DNA of 64,000 bases from Candidatus Omnitrophota bacterium (GCA_047639455.1 JBLINS010000003.1:3-64002); one strand, 5' to 3'; positions 36,722 through 48,757 are shown, counted from the first letter of the stretch. A program made the numbers and translations. Notes: generated from the sequence alone by a model not told the origin.

Positions 36722-37858
36722 ATGTCGAATAATCGTGTTCAAAATATCCTATCGTGTGGTCAAAGTATTTGGTATGACAATATTCAACGTTCTATGATTG
36801 TGAATGGTGACTTTGAGCGCATGATTGCTGAAGACGGTTTGAGGGGTGTTACCTCTAATCCAACTATATTTGATAAGGCTATTTCTAGTAGCAATGATTA
36901 CGATGACATTATTGCTCAAGGTCTTGCAAAAGGGCTGGACTCTGAGGCTATTTTTTGGAGTATTGCCATCCGCGAAATTCAAGAAGCCACCGATATATTT
37001 AAAACTGTTTATACCGAAACACAAGCCTTGGACGGGTATGTTTCCTTAGAAGTGAGCCCATTTTTGGCCCGAGATACACAAGGCACTATTGCACAAGCTA
37101 TAGAAATTCACCAAAAAGTGAATCGCCTCAATCTCATGGTTAAGGTACCGGCAACTAAAGAAGGACTACCCGCTATCACTGAATTGATTAGCCGTGGCAT
37201 TAATATTAATGTGACGCTTGTTTTTTCTATTACTCGTTATAAAGAAGTTATGGATGCTTATATTGCCGGCTTAGAAAAAGGCATTGCCGCAGGCATTGAT
37301 ATGAAGTCCGTGCAATGTGTAGCTAGCTTTTTTGTATCGCGCCTAGACAGCGCAGTTGATAAATTATTAGAAGCCAAAATCGCTGAAGCAACGACTGAAG
37401 ATGAAAAAGCGCGCAGAAAAGAATTAATGGGTAAGGCCGCCGTTGCGAATTCACGTTTAGCTTATCAAGCATTTTTGAGCGTATTTGCTACAGAGCGTTT
37501 TATTGCCTTGCAGAATAAAGGCGCTAATGTTCAAAGACCTTTATGGGCCAGCACAAGTACAAAAAATCCCACATACCGCGATGTTACCTATATAGAAGAA
37601 TTAATTGGCAAACATACGGTGAATACCGTACCACCAGCTACATTAGACGCCTTTAGAGATCATGGCGAAGCTGAAGCGCGAATTGAGAATGATATTGAGA
37701 ATAGCAAAAGTGTATTGGCTGAATTGGCTAAGTTGGGTATTGATTTAGCACAGGTCACGGAAGCATTAGAGCAAGCAGGGGTGGAGTCTTTTAATCAATC
37801 TTTTGAGCAATTGCTCAATCACCTTAAAGAAAAATCAGATCAATTGGCGGTTAAATAA
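36722..37858 (+). CDS. tal: transaldolase
   Basis: MSNNRVQNILSCGQSIWYDNIQRS... is a transaldolase N-terminus. RBS AGAGGT before ATG 36722. The tabulated 36689 start adds 11 unlikely residues. Confidence 0.85.
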   Translation: MSNNRVQNILSCGQSIWYDNIQRSMIVNGDFERMIAEDGLRGVTSNPTIFDKAISSSNDYDDIIAQGLAKGLDSEAIFWSIAIREIQEATDIFKTVYTETQALDGYVSLEVSPFLARDTQGTIAQAIEIHQKVNRLNLMVKVPATKEGLPAITELISRGININVTLVFSITRYKEVMDAYIAGLEKGIAAGIDMKSVQCVASFFVSRLDSAVDKLLEAKIAEATTEDEKARRKELMGKAAVANSRLAYQAFLSVFATERFIALQNKGANVQRPLWASTSTKNPTYRDVTYIEELIGKHTVNTVPPATLDAFRDHGEAEARIENDIENSKSVLAELAKLGIDLAQVTEALEQAGVESFNQSFEQLLNHLKEKSDQLAVK

Positions 37859-39569
37859 TATGTCTATCGAACAAATATCCTCTCAAGTTTCTTGGGGTTC
37901 AAGCACAACCGATATTGAGACATTGGTTCAACAATTTGAAGACGATAATACAATCGCACGTATACGTCAAAAAGATGCCTCGCTGTGGACGGATGACGCC
38001 ACACATCACGCAGGCATTAAAGATCGCTTGGGTTGGATGGATGTATTAGACCAAATCGATACTTGGGTGAAAGACATAGATACGTTGACAGCCGAAATTA
38101 AGGACGAAGGTTATCGCTACATTGTTTTGATGGCTATGGGCGGATCTAGCTTAGGACCTGAAGTTATACAAACCATATTAAAGAATGACGAGGATCACCC
38201 CGAGCTTATCGTCATTGATAGCACAGATCCTAGGCGTGTGAATGATGTGATTGCAAAAATTGGTGATCACAAAACTCTTTTTGCTGTTGCGAGTAAGTCA
38301 GGCACGACAGTTGAATCTTTTTCTTTATACAAATATTTTTATAATTGGTTGGCCAATGTACAAAATGACCCTAATCCAGGCGCTTCATTTATCGCTATCA
38401 CTGATCCCGGCATGGCTTTAGTTGGCATTGGCGAGGATAAGGGTTTTAGAAAAGTTTTTATTAATCCAGCTGATATAGGCGGGCGTTATTCGGTATTATC
38501 TTTATTTGGTTTGGTGTATGTGGGCTTGATAGGCGCTGACTTAGACATTTATGTTGGCTTAATCAAAAAAGAAATAGAAGCTACCTTTGCCGGTGATTCG
38601 AGTGATGCCATACGCTTAGGCGTTTCTATGGGCTGTCTCGCCAAACAAGGGCGTGATAAATTAACTATTATCACTCCAGATACATGGAATATATTTGGTG
38701 ATTGGGCTGAGCAATTAATAGCCGAAAGTACTGGTAAAGAAGGCTTGGGTGTAATCCCTATCGTAAGAGAGCCTCTTGTAGATGCAGTAGCTACTTATGG
38801 AGTGGATCGTTATTTTGTGGCGTTATTACCCGAATCTTCTTCTCAGAATGAAAAAATCTCTGCACAATTACAGGCATTAAAAGATGCGGGTCATCCCGTG
38901 ATGATTATCCGTGTTCAGAATGATATGGAATTAGGCGCACAATTCTTTTTATGGGAATTAGCTTGCGCCATATCTGGGATAGTTTTGCGCATTGATCCTT
39001 TTGATCAACCCAATGTACAAGAAGCTAAGACTTGCACGAACGAAATATTAAAAGACATGGATGCGGACAATATTCCTTTACCTGAATTATCAGTGCTAAA
39101 ACCCCAACTATCAATTGCTTTTAGTAATGCATCCAAGGCAGACGCGGCAACGAGTGAGAATTGGGATGCTTTTGTTAACTCTATTCAAGCAGGGGACTAT
39201 TTGAATATTTTGGCATTTATGCCTGATCGTGTGGATGTGCAAAGTCATTTGCGCGATATAGCCAATGCATTCAAAAAAAAGACGCATGTGCCGACAGCAC
39301 TTGGTATAGGGCCACGTTATTTGCATTCTACAGGCCAATTACATAAAGGTGGTCCAGATAGCGGTGTATTCATTGTTTTGACGGCCCCTGTTACTAAAGA
39401 TGCAGACTTAGATATACCCGAGGCTGCATTCACCTTTCAACAATTACAATTATCGCAGGCCTTTGGAGACTTTAAGGCTTTGGAATCTAAAGGTAGGCGC
39501 GCTGTCTATATACAGTTATCTTCTTTAGAGTCACCAGCCTGGAGCGCCCTTAAAGACGCTTTGCTTTAA
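37859..39569 (+). CDS. pgi: glucose-6-phosphate isomerase
   Basis: SIS-domain blocks VLMAMGGSSLGPEV and VASKSGTTVES. PGI signature DIGGRYSVLSLFG. The ATG at 37859 abuts the tal stop; the tabulated 37803 start overlaps tal. Confidence 0.8.
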
Positions 39570-39574
39570 TAGCA

Positions 39575-40005
39575 CGTCATAAAGCCACGTCATTGCGAGT
39601 TGCCTGCCTGTCGGCAGACAGGCGCGTAGCTGCAGCGCGGGCCGGTTTCATCATAGTTACACCGGCATTGGTGTCCTGGCTTTGTGGCCAGGCACGGGCA
39701 CAATCTAGCGCTAGATTAGATACTGGATGTCGAATGTTATTAAAGTTGAGTGGTCGTTAGCCTTGGATTGCCGCGTCGCTGCTTCGCGCTCCTCGCAATC
39801 AGACTGTGCCATAAAGCTTATTAACCGCGTCATTGCGAGGCGCGCGGAGCAGTAACGCGGCAATCTGGGGCTGCATTGGGTAACAGGTGTCGAATATTAA
39901 TAAAGTTGATTAGATATTAGTCTTAGATTGCCACTTCGCTGCTACCGCGCTCATCGCAATGACGGTGCTGACACGTTATGACACAGTCTGAATGACGACG
40001 GGGCA
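39575..40005. repeat. 430-bp cluster of MITE/REP-like elements
   Basis: Multiple cgtcattgcgag / ctcgcaatgac arm pairs. gcctgcctgtcggcagacaggc hairpin. Reverse-oriented 64-nt sub-element at 39640-39675. Fills the entire pgi-cbiX spacer. Confidence 0.8.
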
Positions 40006-40041
40006 TATTATGACACTACGACATTTTTCTGAGGATTACGT

Positions 40042-40407
40042 ATGAAAAAAGGCATATTATTAATTAGTCATGGTAGTCGTTCTGACACGGCCTATGAAGA
40101 AGTTATGGGCTTAGGCAATGAGCTGCAAAAGTTATGGCCAGATATAATTATGCAAACAGCTTTTTTAGAAATTAATTCGCCTTCCATTCCAGAGGGGATT
40201 GGCCATCTATCCGAAAAAGGCGTTACCGATTTGCAAGTCCTATTGAATTTTTTGAATTCTGGTCGACATGTATTGGAACATATCCCTCAAATTGTTGAAG
40301 AGGCGTGCGAATCTAAGAACATTAAATACCAAATATCTAAACATATAGGCGCTCACCCTGATTTGCCAAAACTTTTCTTTGATGTAGCTGGTTTGGAGAA
40401 TAAATGA
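40042..40407 (+). CDS. cbiX: small CbiX-type sirohydrochlorin chelatase
   Basis: 121 aa. ILLISHGSR motif near the N-terminus is typical of short CbiX/SirB. Confidence 0.6.
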   Translation: MKKGILLISHGSRSDTAYEEVMGLGNELQKLWPDIIMQTAFLEINSPSIPEGIGHLSEKGVTDLQVLLNFLNSGRHVLEHIPQIVEEACESKNIKYQISKHIGAHPDLPKLFFDVAGLENK

Positions 40408-41864
40408 TGAAGATACCTATGCCTAAATTATTTTCCAATCCCTTTGGCAAAAGGCAGTATGGCCAAATGGATAAAGTCACTGATAGTGTCTACATCTTTA
40501 GGAATATAACCAATTCATCTATAGTTATTGGCAGAGATTCAGTGGCCGTAATCGACACCCAAGTTAATTATCCCTTAGCCCAACGATTGATTGAAGAGAT
40601 TAAAAAGGTGACTGATAAGCCTATATCGCATGCTATTAATACCCATTACCATTGGGACCACACTAATGGAAATATATTTTTTAAGAAGATGGGGGCGGAA
40701 GTCATCGCTTCTGAATTAACCAAAGACTTCATGATTAATCGCAGAGAGCGACAAAAAGAATTTTTATTAGGACGTGGATTTGAAATTGCTTACGATCCGC
40801 TATTGCCAACAACTACGTTCAATAACGAAATGGAAATCGATCTCGGTGATATGCCGCTTAGATTATTTTTTGCAGGTAGGGCCGAGTCGGATGACGCTAC
40901 TGCCGTCCATGTCCCTAAAGAAAATGTGGTTATAGCAGGTGATACTGTCATGACAGGTAGCTTCCCCATTTTTGGTCAACCCGTTTGGGATGAAGGCTTG
41001 GAGGGTACGGGCCAGTGGTTGAAGACAATTGAAACGATCCAAAAGCTTAACCCAAAACACATTATTCCAGGCCATGGACCCTTAGCCTATACACCTCAAG
41101 TCAATGCGCTTATTAAAATTCAAAATTATTTCATAGACGAAGTTCGGGGCTTATTGCAAAAGGGATATGAATTAGACGCTATCATTTCTAGCATGGAAGC
41201 CAATATGCCTAAATGGATAAGCAAAATTCCTGTTGTTTGGGGTAATCCTCGTTATGCCATACTTAGGATATGGCGCAGCTTAACTATGGAGTCTGGTGAT
41301 CCTGGCTGGCAAAGGTTTAAGCCAAGCGCTATTCCAGAGTCAGTTGTAGAAATTGCTCACGACAAGGTTGTTGCTGAATTTGTGCAAATGGCAGATGAAT
41401 TAAAAGAGGGCGGAGACATAGCCGGTTGTCTTAAGGTTTTGGATACGGCTTGCCAACGCTTTGATGGGGACGCGAATATTTTGGCGACTTATGCTAATAC
41501 ACTCATTGAAGCATCGCGAGCTGAAGATTCTGTTTTGGAAAAAGGCGATTATTTTATTAAGGCAAAAAAAGCCTGGGACCAAGCTCTAACTCTTGAGCCA
41601 AATCATTTTGGATCCAAACTTGGCAAAGGCCGTTATTGGGCTATGATGGCCTATCGTGGTGGCGACGATCCAACGGACGGCATGGCCTTGCTTCAAGAAG
41701 TTATTGAAGGTTGCACTCAATCGGATTTGACGGCGGAAGCCTGTTTTTATAAGGGTATGGGCCATAGACGTTTGGGCGAAGAAGCATTAGCTAAAGATTA
41801 TTTTAAGAAAAGTTTGGAGCTGAACCCAGCTTGGAAACCCGCGCAATTGGGTTTAATGGCTTAA
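40404..41864 (+). CDS. MBL-fold metallo-hydrolase with C-terminal TPR-like repeats
   Basis: HxHxDH motif NTHYHWDHTNG. Downstream His/Asp ligands. C-terminal region with TPR-like helical repeats (AWDQALTLEPNHF...YFKKSLELNPAW). Confidence 0.6.
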   Translation: MMKIPMPKLFSNPFGKRQYGQMDKVTDSVYIFRNITNSSIVIGRDSVAVIDTQVNYPLAQRLIEEIKKVTDKPISHAINTHYHWDHTNGNIFFKKMGAEVIASELTKDFMINRRERQKEFLLGRGFEIAYDPLLPTTTFNNEMEIDLGDMPLRLFFAGRAESDDATAVHVPKENVVIAGDTVMTGSFPIFGQPVWDEGLEGTGQWLKTIETIQKLNPKHIIPGHGPLAYTPQVNALIKIQNYFIDEVRGLLQKGYELDAIISSMEANMPKWISKIPVVWGNPRYAILRIWRSLTMESGDPGWQRFKPSAIPESVVEIAHDKVVAEFVQMADELKEGGDIAGCLKVLDTACQRFDGDANILATYANTLIEASRAEDSVLEKGDYFIKAKKAWDQALTLEPNHFGSKLGKGRYWAMMAYRGGDDPTDGMALLQEVIEGCTQSDLTAEACFYKGMGHRRLGEEALAKDYFKKSLELNPAWKPAQLGLMA

Positions 41865-42008
41865 TTTGCAAGGGTATTATTTTTTAATTATCAGTTGATT
41901 TCTATTTAAATGATGCTATGATAATTGAAATTTATGAGGGGAATCCGGTTTTATATCGTTGTTTAGCGAGTCGGACAGTTAATTTTTAAACCTAAAAAGG
42001 AGAAGCAT

Positions 42009-42275
42009 ATGGCCGCTAAGAAAAAGGCAAATTCAGCTTTTATGAAACCATTAGAAGTCACTGACGAGTTAGCAGCAGTTGTCGGTAAAGGTCCACTACC
42101 ACGTAGTGAAGTTGTTAAAAAACTTTGGGTTTATATTAAGAAGCATGACCTTCAAGATCCAAAAGCAAGAAGAAACATTATTGCTGATGATAAATTATTG
42201 CCCGTTTTTGGCGGTAAGAAGGTTGTTGATATGTTTGAAATGACCAAATTGGTAAGCAAACACCTCGGTAAGTAA
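42009..42275 (+). CDS. SWIB/MDM2-domain protein
   Basis: 88 aa. LPRSEVVKKLWVYIKKHDLQDPKARRNIIADDKLLPVFG...VDMFEMTKLVSKHL matches the SWIB/BAF60b consensus along its whole length. Confidence 0.75.
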   Translation: MAAKKKANSAFMKPLEVTDELAAVVGKGPLPRSEVVKKLWVYIKKHDLQDPKARRNIIADDKLLPVFGGKKVVDMFEMTKLVSKHLGK

Positions 42276-42287
42276 TTTGTACACTTA

Positions 42288-42320
42288 AACCCCACTGTAG
42301 AATCTTCTGCAGTGGGGTTT
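42288..42320 (+). terminator. long hairpin terminator after the SWIB gene
   Basis: aaaccccactgtagaa-tct-tctgcagtggggttt with flanking A and T runs. Confidence 0.5.
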
Positions 42321-42378
42321 GAACCACTCTCTGTGCTACAATAGTCCGCTTAACCGACACTAACACAGGGATCGTATT

Positions 42379-42807
42379 ATGCTTAGGCAATCCACAAAAA
42401 AAATGACTATATCATCCAAAATACTTCAGTACGCAATACTTTCAGCTTCAATCCTTTCTTTAATACCTACATTTAGCTTAGCAGCTGACGTGATGCCAGC
42501 TTCAACAAACTCTCCGTCAATCCGCCTCTTTGTTGAGTCAGGTGGTCAAAGGGCTAATATACTTGGCCACAATTGGGCTGAGCTTAGCTTTGAGCGCAAA
42601 ATCAAGCTGATTGAGTCGGCGCGTCAAGGTGCATTGAGACTAGGCGCCGTGATGGCATTACCAGCCGAATCTTATATACGCGAATTGGACATGATGTTCG
42701 CGAAGAATCCTTCTTTGAGGCATATAGAAGTGGGTCAAGCAATTCAAGGCATAGCTATTTCATTAAAGGATTGGGATACTGGAACAGGATCTCCAGTAGC
42801 TAAATAA
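42379..42807 (+). CDS. hypothetical secreted protein
   Basis: Signal peptide ...[14 protein letters not shown]. No recognisable motif. Confidence 0.4.
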   Translation: MLRQSTKKMTISSKILQYAILSASILSLIPTFSLAADVMPASTNSPSIRLFVESGGQRANILGHNWAELSFERKIKLIESARQGALRLGAVMALPAESYIRELDMMFAKNPSLRHIEVGQAIQGIAISLKDWDTGTGSPVAK

Positions 42808-42809
42808 TT

Positions 42810-45503
42810 TTGAATACAAAATTTTCACAAGCCCGCAAAACAATGCAATCTCCCGAAGGTAACGTGGTTGTACATCATTTGCCAACCTTGCAAGCCATGG
42901 GCTATGACCGTATCCCCAAATTACCTTTCTCGATAAAAGTATTATTAGAGAGCGCCTTACGTAATTGTGATAATTATCAAGTTACAGAAGATGACGTCAT
43001 AAAACTAGCCGAATGGAAAAGTAATTTGGCTGGCACTACAGACATTGCTTTTAAACCTGCCCGAGTTGTATTGCAAGATTTTACGGGTGTGCCTGCTGTT
43101 GTGGATTTGGCCGCTATGCGCTCGGCCATGCATCGTATGGGTGGGGATACCACTAAGATCAACCCTCTAGTTCCTTGTGATTTGGTGATTGACCATTCTG
43201 TTCAAGTCGACTCTTATGGATCAGCGAATGCATTAGCGGAGAATGTAGAAAAGGAATTCATACGTAATAAAGAACGCTATGAGTTTTTGAAATGGGGCCA
43301 AAAATCTTTAAAGAATTTTAGAGCCGTTCCACCTGCAACTGGTATTGTTCATCAGGTTAATTTGGAATATTTGGCTAATGGTGTTTTGGTCCGCAATGAA
43401 AATGAAGAATTACACGCCTTTCCTGATAGTCTGGTTGGCACGGATAGTCATACAACCATGATTAATGGCATTGGCGTTGCTGGTTGGGGTGTAGGTGGCA
43501 TAGAGGCTGAAGCTGTGATGTTGGGTGAGCCTATTTATATGGTCATGCCACAAGTTATTGGGTTTAAGCTTACCGGAGCGCCTAAGGAAGGCATTACGGC
43601 CACAGACATTGTTTTGACAGTTGTAGAATTATTACGAAAAAAAGGCGTTGTCGGAAAGTTTGTTGAATTCTTTGGTGACGGTATGGTTGCCTTGAGTGTA
43701 CCTGATCGTGCTACCTTGGCCAATATGGCTCCAGAATATGGAGCTACTATGGGATTCTTCCCCGTAGATCAAAAGACCCTTGATTTTTATAAACAAACAG
43801 CCAGAGATCCTGAATGGATTGATTTTGTTGGAGCATATAGTCGTGAGCAGGGCATGTTCTATGAGCCTGGGATGGAACCAGAATTCACAGACGTCATTGA
43901 ATTTGATTTAAGCCTTGTTGAACCTTGTTTGGCCGGACCAAAGCGTCCTCAAGATCGAGTTAATCTTAAGGACATGAAGTCAGCTTTTAAAGAAACGCTT
44001 GTTGTACCCATCGAAAAGCGAGGATTCGCTTTGGGGCCTGATGATTTAATCAAGACCGTTCCGCTCGAAACGACGACGGATTCCATTACGCATGGATCCG
44101 TGGTTATTGCGGCTATAACCAGTTGCACCAATACATCGAATCCATCTGTGATGATTGGGGCTGGCTTGGTTGCCAAGGCAGCCGTTGATAAGGGCTTGAA
44201 CGTTAAGCCTTATATTAAAACAAGTTTAGCTCCTGGCTCCACCGTTGTGACAGAATATTTAAAAAATGCGCGTTTAATAGAACCACTCGAAAAATTAAAC
44301 TTTCATATTGTTGGATATGGCTGCACAACTTGCATAGGCAATAGCGGTCCATTGCCCGAAATCGTGTCTAATGCCATAACTAGCGGTGACTTGGTTGCTT
44401 GCAGTGTATTGTCTGGTAATAGAAATTTTGAAGGTCGCGTTAATCCACATGTTAAAGCGAATTATTTGGCCAGCCCACCATTAGTTGTGGCTTATGCGAT
44501 AGCGGGTCGCGTTGATATTGATTTTGATCAAGAACCCTTAGGTAAGGGTAAGGACGGCCAAGACGTTTATTTAAAAGATATATGGCCGACCAATGCTGAT
44601 GTTCAAGCTTGTTTAGACAAGGCTGTGACAACAGAAGCATTTGCTCAAAAATATCAGAATGTATTTGAGGGTAGCCCTGAATGGGTAGCTATACATGCTG
44701 CTGAATCAGAAATTTATCCTTGGGAAGCAAATAGCTCTTATATTCAAGAGCCACCTTTTTTTGAAGGCATGCAACAAGCCGTCGAGCCCATTAGTCCAAT
44801 TAAAGCCGCCCGCGTTTTGGTTAAATTAGGTGATTCGGTCACAACGGATCATATTTCTCCAGCGGGTGCGATTGGCGTGAATAGCCCTGCGGGCAAATAC
44901 CTAAAGGAATTAGGCATTGAATCAACTGACTTTAATAGCTATGGATCACGACGCGGCAATGATCGTGTTATGACACGCGGAACATTTGCTAATATTCGCC
45001 TCAGAAATCAATTAGTACCTGGATCTGAGGGTTCTTGCACCAAGCATTTTCCATCTGGAGAAGAAACAGATATTCATTCCGCATCTTTGAAATATGCCCA
45101 AGAGAATGTACCCTTGGTTGTGTTGGCGGGCAAAGAATATGGTACTGGTTCTAGCCGTGATTGGGCTGCCAAAGGAACTCGTTTATTAGGTGTGCGAGTT
45201 GTTATTGCCGAAAGTTATGAGCGCATTCATCGCAGTAATTTAGTTGGCATGGGTGTATTGCCCTTGCAATACGCAGACGGGCAGACCGCCCAAACCCTAG
45301 GTCTTAAAGGTGACGAAGTCTTTGATTTTGATAGTTTGAATGATGATATTAAGCCGCAGCAAAATATGGATGTAGCCATCACTTTTGCCGACGGTAGCAA
45401 AAAAACAATTCAGACTTTAGTACGTATCGACACCCCTGTCGAAGTTGATTATTACCGTAATGGCGGCATACTCCATACGGTTATACGTAAATTATTAAAA
45501 TAA
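42810..45503 (+). CDS. acnA: aconitate hydratase A
   Basis: 897 aa. Aconitase family blocks. Fe-S cluster Cys ligands SCTNTSN and [10 protein letters not shown]. Swivel domain. Confidence 0.9.
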   Translation: MNTKFSQARKTMQSPEGNVVVHHLPTLQAMGYDRIPKLPFSIKVLLESALRNCDNYQVTEDDVIKLAEWKSNLAGTTDIAFKPARVVLQDFTGVPAVVDLAAMRSAMHRMGGDTTKINPLVPCDLVIDHSVQVDSYGSANALAENVEKEFIRNKERYEFLKWGQKSLKNFRAVPPATGIVHQVNLEYLANGVLVRNENEELHAFPDSLVGTDSHTTMINGIGVAGWGVGGIEAEAVMLGEPIYMVMPQVIGFKLTGAPKEGITATDIVLTVVELLRKKGVVGKFVEFFGDGMVALSVPDRATLANMAPEYGATMGFFPVDQKTLDFYKQTARDPEWIDFVGAYSREQGMFYEPGMEPEFTDVIEFDLSLVEPCLAGPKRPQDRVNLKDMKSAFKETLVVPIEKRGFALGPDDLIKTVPLETTTDSITHGSVVIAAITSCTNTSNPSVMIGAGLVAKAAVDKGLNVKPYIKTSLAPGSTVVTEYLKNARLIEPLEKLNFHIVGYGCTTCIGNSGPLPEIVSNAITSGDLVACSVLSGNRNFEGRVNPHVKANYLASPPLVVAYAIAGRVDIDFDQEPLGKGKDGQDVYLKDIWPTNADVQACLDKAVTTEAFAQKYQNVFEGSPEWVAIHAAESEIYPWEANSSYIQEPPFFEGMQQAVEPISPIKAARVLVKLGDSVTTDHISPAGAIGVNSPAGKYLKELGIESTDFNSYGSRRGNDRVMTRGTFANIRLRNQLVPGSEGSCTKHFPSGEETDIHSASLKYAQENVPLVVLAGKEYGTGSSRDWAAKGTRLLGVRVVIAESYERIHRSNLVGMGVLPLQYADGQTAQTLGLKGDEVFDFDSLNDDIKPQQNMDVAITFADGSKKTIQTLVRIDTPVEVDYYRNGGILHTVIRKLLK

Positions 45504-45551
45504 ACCGCATTACCTTGGTAATGAAATGCTAATCTCAAAAGGAATAAACCA

Positions 45552-47222
45552 TTGAAAAAACTTAATGCAAATTCAGCCACAATTACAGAAGGCCCTTCGC
45601 GCGCACCAGCTCGCGCTATGCTTAAAGCCACTGGACTTAGTGATGAGGATATTCTAAAGCCGCATATTGGTATTGCCAATACATGGATAGAGACAACACC
45701 TTGTAATTTTCATTTGCGGCGTTTATCAGAAAAAGTAAAAGAAGGTGTTCGGGCTGCAGGTGGCACACCTATAGAATTCAATACCATTGCTATATCAGAC
45801 GGCATTACCATGGGCACTGAAGGTATGAAGACCTCTTTAGTTAGTCGAGAAGTTATTGCTGATTCAATCGAGTTGGTGGCACGTGGGCATTATTTTGATG
45901 GCATCATAGCCATATCGGGTTGTGACAAAACCATACCCGGTACAGTGATGGCCTTAGCGCGCGTGAATGTACCTTCGCTAATGATATATGGCGGTTCGAT
46001 TGATCCAGGTGAGTACGAACATTGCGATGTGACGATTCAAGACGTTTTTGAAGCCGTTGGCAAGTTTTCTGCAAAAAAGATTACCAAAAAAGAGTATAAA
46101 GAATTAGAAGATTCAGCTTGCCCAGGTGCCGGCGCTTGCGGTGGGCAATTCACGGCTAATACGATGTCTATGGCCTTTGAGCTTATGGGTATATCGCCCA
46201 TGGATACGAATATTATTCCAGCTATGGATAGAGAAAAAGACTTTGCTTGCATAGAAGCTGGCAAATTGGTCATAAATTTAATCAAAAAAGGCATAACACC
46301 TAAAAAAATTATTACCAAAAAATCCATTGAGAATGCGATTAGCTCAGTTATGATGAGCGGCGGGTCAACCAATGCTGTTTTGCATTTATTGGCTATAGCT
46401 CACGAAATGGGAATTAAACTTTCTATTGATGACTTCGATCGTATTAGTCGCAAGACGCCATTATTGGGCGATCTGAAACCTGGCGGTCGGTATGTGGCCA
46501 CAGATTTATATCATGCCGGCGGCATACGTTTGGTTGCCAAGCGATTATTAGACGCCAAGTTATTACACCCAGATTGCTTAACCGTTACAACTAAAACTGT
46601 TGGTCAAGAAGCTCGCAAAGCGGTGGAAACCGATGATCAGCAAGTAGTCCGGTCATTAAAAGATCCTATTAAAAAAACAGGCGGTATGGTTATTCTTAAG
46701 GGAAACCTAGCTCCAGAGGGTTGCGTTTTAAAAGTAGCTGGCCATGAACGCATTTATCATCAAGGTCCTGCAAAAGTATATGATACCGAAGAGTCTGCTT
46801 TTAAAGCCGTTAAATCTCAAAAGATTAAGCCGGGAGACGTTTTGATTATTCGCTACGAAGGGCCAAGCGGTGGTCCGGGCATGCGTGAAATGTTAGCTGT
46901 GACAGCAGCACTTGTTGGTGAAGGTCTTGGTGAAACCGTGGCTTTATTAACCGATGGCAGGTTTTCGGGAGCGACACATGGGTTTATGGCTGGGCATGCA
47001 GCACCTGAGGCAGCGCAAGGCGGTCCAATTGCAGCCGTGAATAATGGCGACATCGTCACCTTCGATATTAACAAAAGACGCATTGATGTCAAACTGACGA
47101 ATGGCCAAATCAAAACCCGTTTAAGAGCCCTTAAGAAACACACTATTAAATACAAATCCGGCGTCATGTTCAAATACGCCAAGCTAGTATCTTCTGCCAG
47201 CAAAGGTGCGGTTACTAGTTAA
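45552..47222 (+). CDS. ilvD: dihydroxy-acid dehydratase (IlvD/EDD family)
   Basis: HIGIANTWIETTPCNFHL, SDGITMGTEGM and CDKTIPG blocks. 556 aa. TTG start. Confidence 0.85.
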   Translation: MKKLNANSATITEGPSRAPARAMLKATGLSDEDILKPHIGIANTWIETTPCNFHLRRLSEKVKEGVRAAGGTPIEFNTIAISDGITMGTEGMKTSLVSREVIADSIELVARGHYFDGIIAISGCDKTIPGTVMALARVNVPSLMIYGGSIDPGEYEHCDVTIQDVFEAVGKFSAKKITKKEYKELEDSACPGAGACGGQFTANTMSMAFELMGISPMDTNIIPAMDREKDFACIEAGKLVINLIKKGITPKKIITKKSIENAISSVMMSGGSTNAVLHLLAIAHEMGIKLSIDDFDRISRKTPLLGDLKPGGRYVATDLYHAGGIRLVAKRLLDAKLLHPDCLTVTTKTVGQEARKAVETDDQQVVRSLKDPIKKTGGMVILKGNLAPEGCVLKVAGHERIYHQGPAKVYDTEESAFKAVKSQKIKPGDVLIIRYEGPSGGPGMREMLAVTAALVGEGLGETVALLTDGRFSGATHGFMAGHAAPEAAQGGPIAAVNNGDIVTFDINKRRIDVKLTNGQIKTRLRALKKHTIKYKSGVMFKYAKLVSSASKGAVTS

Positions 47223-47229
47223 TCGAGTT

Positions 47230-47388
47230 TGTCATGCGCGAAGTCTCTGTCATTGCGTGCGAAATGCTCGTCATTATGGGTGAATTTTCCGTCATTATGA
47301 GGAGCGAAGCGACGTAATAATCCCCCAGTAAAAGGCTTTTTCTGGGAGGTCCTCACGTCGCTGCTACGCGCTCCTCAGGATGACAATC
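47230..47388. repeat. MITE/REP-like element (gtcattatgag / ctcaggatgac variant)
   Basis: Three nested left arms gtcattgcgtg, gtcattatgg, gtcattatgagg. A central ctgggagg-tcctcacg. Right arm ctcctcaggatgacaatc. Confidence 0.8.
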
Positions 47389-47425
47389 TAACTTATGCAT
47401 ATTTCTATACATACTCATTAACCCA

Positions 47426-48283
47426 ATGTCAAAACGTATCCTAATCACTGGTGTTCAAGGTTTAATCGGTTGGAATCTGTACAACGATTTAGCCTCTGAC
47501 TATCAACTCTTTGGCTTCTCAACAAAAGTCCGCGACAAATGCATTTCCAAAGCCCCTAAACACAAAGAATGGTATGAGGGTTTGGTTGAAGATTATGAAG
47601 GGTTTTCTTCAGTCATAGAAGATACGCAACCCGATATAGTGATTCACGCACAAGCCATGTGTAATTTGGATTTATGCGAAGATAAGCCGGATAAAACAGA
47701 ATTAGTGAATGTTGAGGCAACGCGCCAATTAATTCGCGCTCTTAATCCAGATAATCATCGCTTAATTTATATGTCTACGGAACATGTTTTTTCTGGCAAT
47801 AAAGGTAATTATGCAGAAGATGATGAATATGATCCCATATCCGTATATGGCCGCACCAAAGTTGAAGCCGAGCAATTAGTCAAAGACTACCCTGGTTTTT
47901 TAATTATACGGCCAGGGTTGGTTGTGGGTGGAAGTATGCAGGGTAATATAGGGGCTAGAGATTGGCTTAAGTCACGTTTAACAAAGAACCAACCCGCAAC
48001 TTATTTCACGGACGAAATTCGCTCACCCATTCATTCATCTGATTTTTCGAAGGGCATGAAATTCTTAATCGATCAGGAGGCTCAAGGTATATATCATTTG
48101 GGCGGCAAAGATTCATATTCGCGCTATGAATTAGCTCAATTAATGGCTAAACAGCTCGATATGACGGGCAATATATGCTCCAAAACTATTAAATCAGACA
48201 AAATTGTACCCCGCATAGCCAATTGCACCCTCAATTCCCAAAAAGCCGCTAATCTAGGCTGGCCCACCCCCAATTTTCAATAA
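47426..48283 (+). CDS. dTDP-4-dehydrorhamnose reductase-like (RmlD family SDR)
   Basis: ILITGVQGLIG Rossmann start. STEHVFSG and YGRTK (YxxxK) blocks align with RmlD. Confidence 0.6.
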   Translation: MSKRILITGVQGLIGWNLYNDLASDYQLFGFSTKVRDKCISKAPKHKEWYEGLVEDYEGFSSVIEDTQPDIVIHAQAMCNLDLCEDKPDKTELVNVEATRQLIRALNPDNHRLIYMSTEHVFSGNKGNYAEDDEYDPISVYGRTKVEAEQLVKDYPGFLIIRPGLVVGGSMQGNIGARDWLKSRLTKNQPATYFTDEIRSPIHSSDFSKGMKFLIDQEAQGIYHLGGKDSYSRYELAQLMAKQLDMTGNICSKTIKSDKIVPRIANCTLNSQKAANLGWPTPNFQ

Positions 48284-48463
48284 ATAGCACCCTTTCATAA
48301 AATATTGACTGGTTATAGCTTAGTTATACTTATTATTAGTTAGTTTATTATAAGAATAATAATAAAATAATGCTTGTTAATATTGAAATTAGTATATTTG
48401 ACAGGTAAACTCCTTAATAGGGTCACAAATCTTACTTTGGGACCGATATTATTGAGGGCGTTT

Positions 48464-48757
48464 ATGAAGGTTTTACCGTTTCAAATATTGATGATTGCTA
48501 TCCTTTTCACAACATCTATTGCATGTAGTGAAGCGGTTCAGAGATCAAATCAAAAGGATATTCAAACCGAACTCCGCCCACACGGTGGTGGTATGCAGAT
48601 GCCATTAACGGGGGATGAGGAATATGTCGTTAATGAATTCGATAATGGTGGTCGTAAGGGTGATGTTGACGATTTTGATGTGCGTAAAAAAGACAATCAG
48701 TTTAGTAAACCTAAGAACAAAGTCGAATACGACTCCAGCAAAATACTTCTTTCCTAA
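48464..48757 (+). CDS. small lipoprotein
   Basis: RBS gaggg before ATG 48464. MKVLPFQILMIAILFTTSIAC lipobox-like. Confidence 0.4.
   Translation: MKVLPFQILMIAILFTTSIACSEAVQRSNQKDIQTELRPHGGGMQMPLTGDEEYVVNEFDNGGRKGDVDDFDVRKKDNQFSKPKNKVEYDSSKILLS

Noticed and set aside
39640-39675. Whether the 64-nt structured sub-element is a known riboswitch or tRNA fragment
   Set aside because: I could not match it to any riboswitch class or tRNA cloverleaf. It always sits inside MITE-like repeats. I kept it as a finding but rejected a specific RNA-family call.
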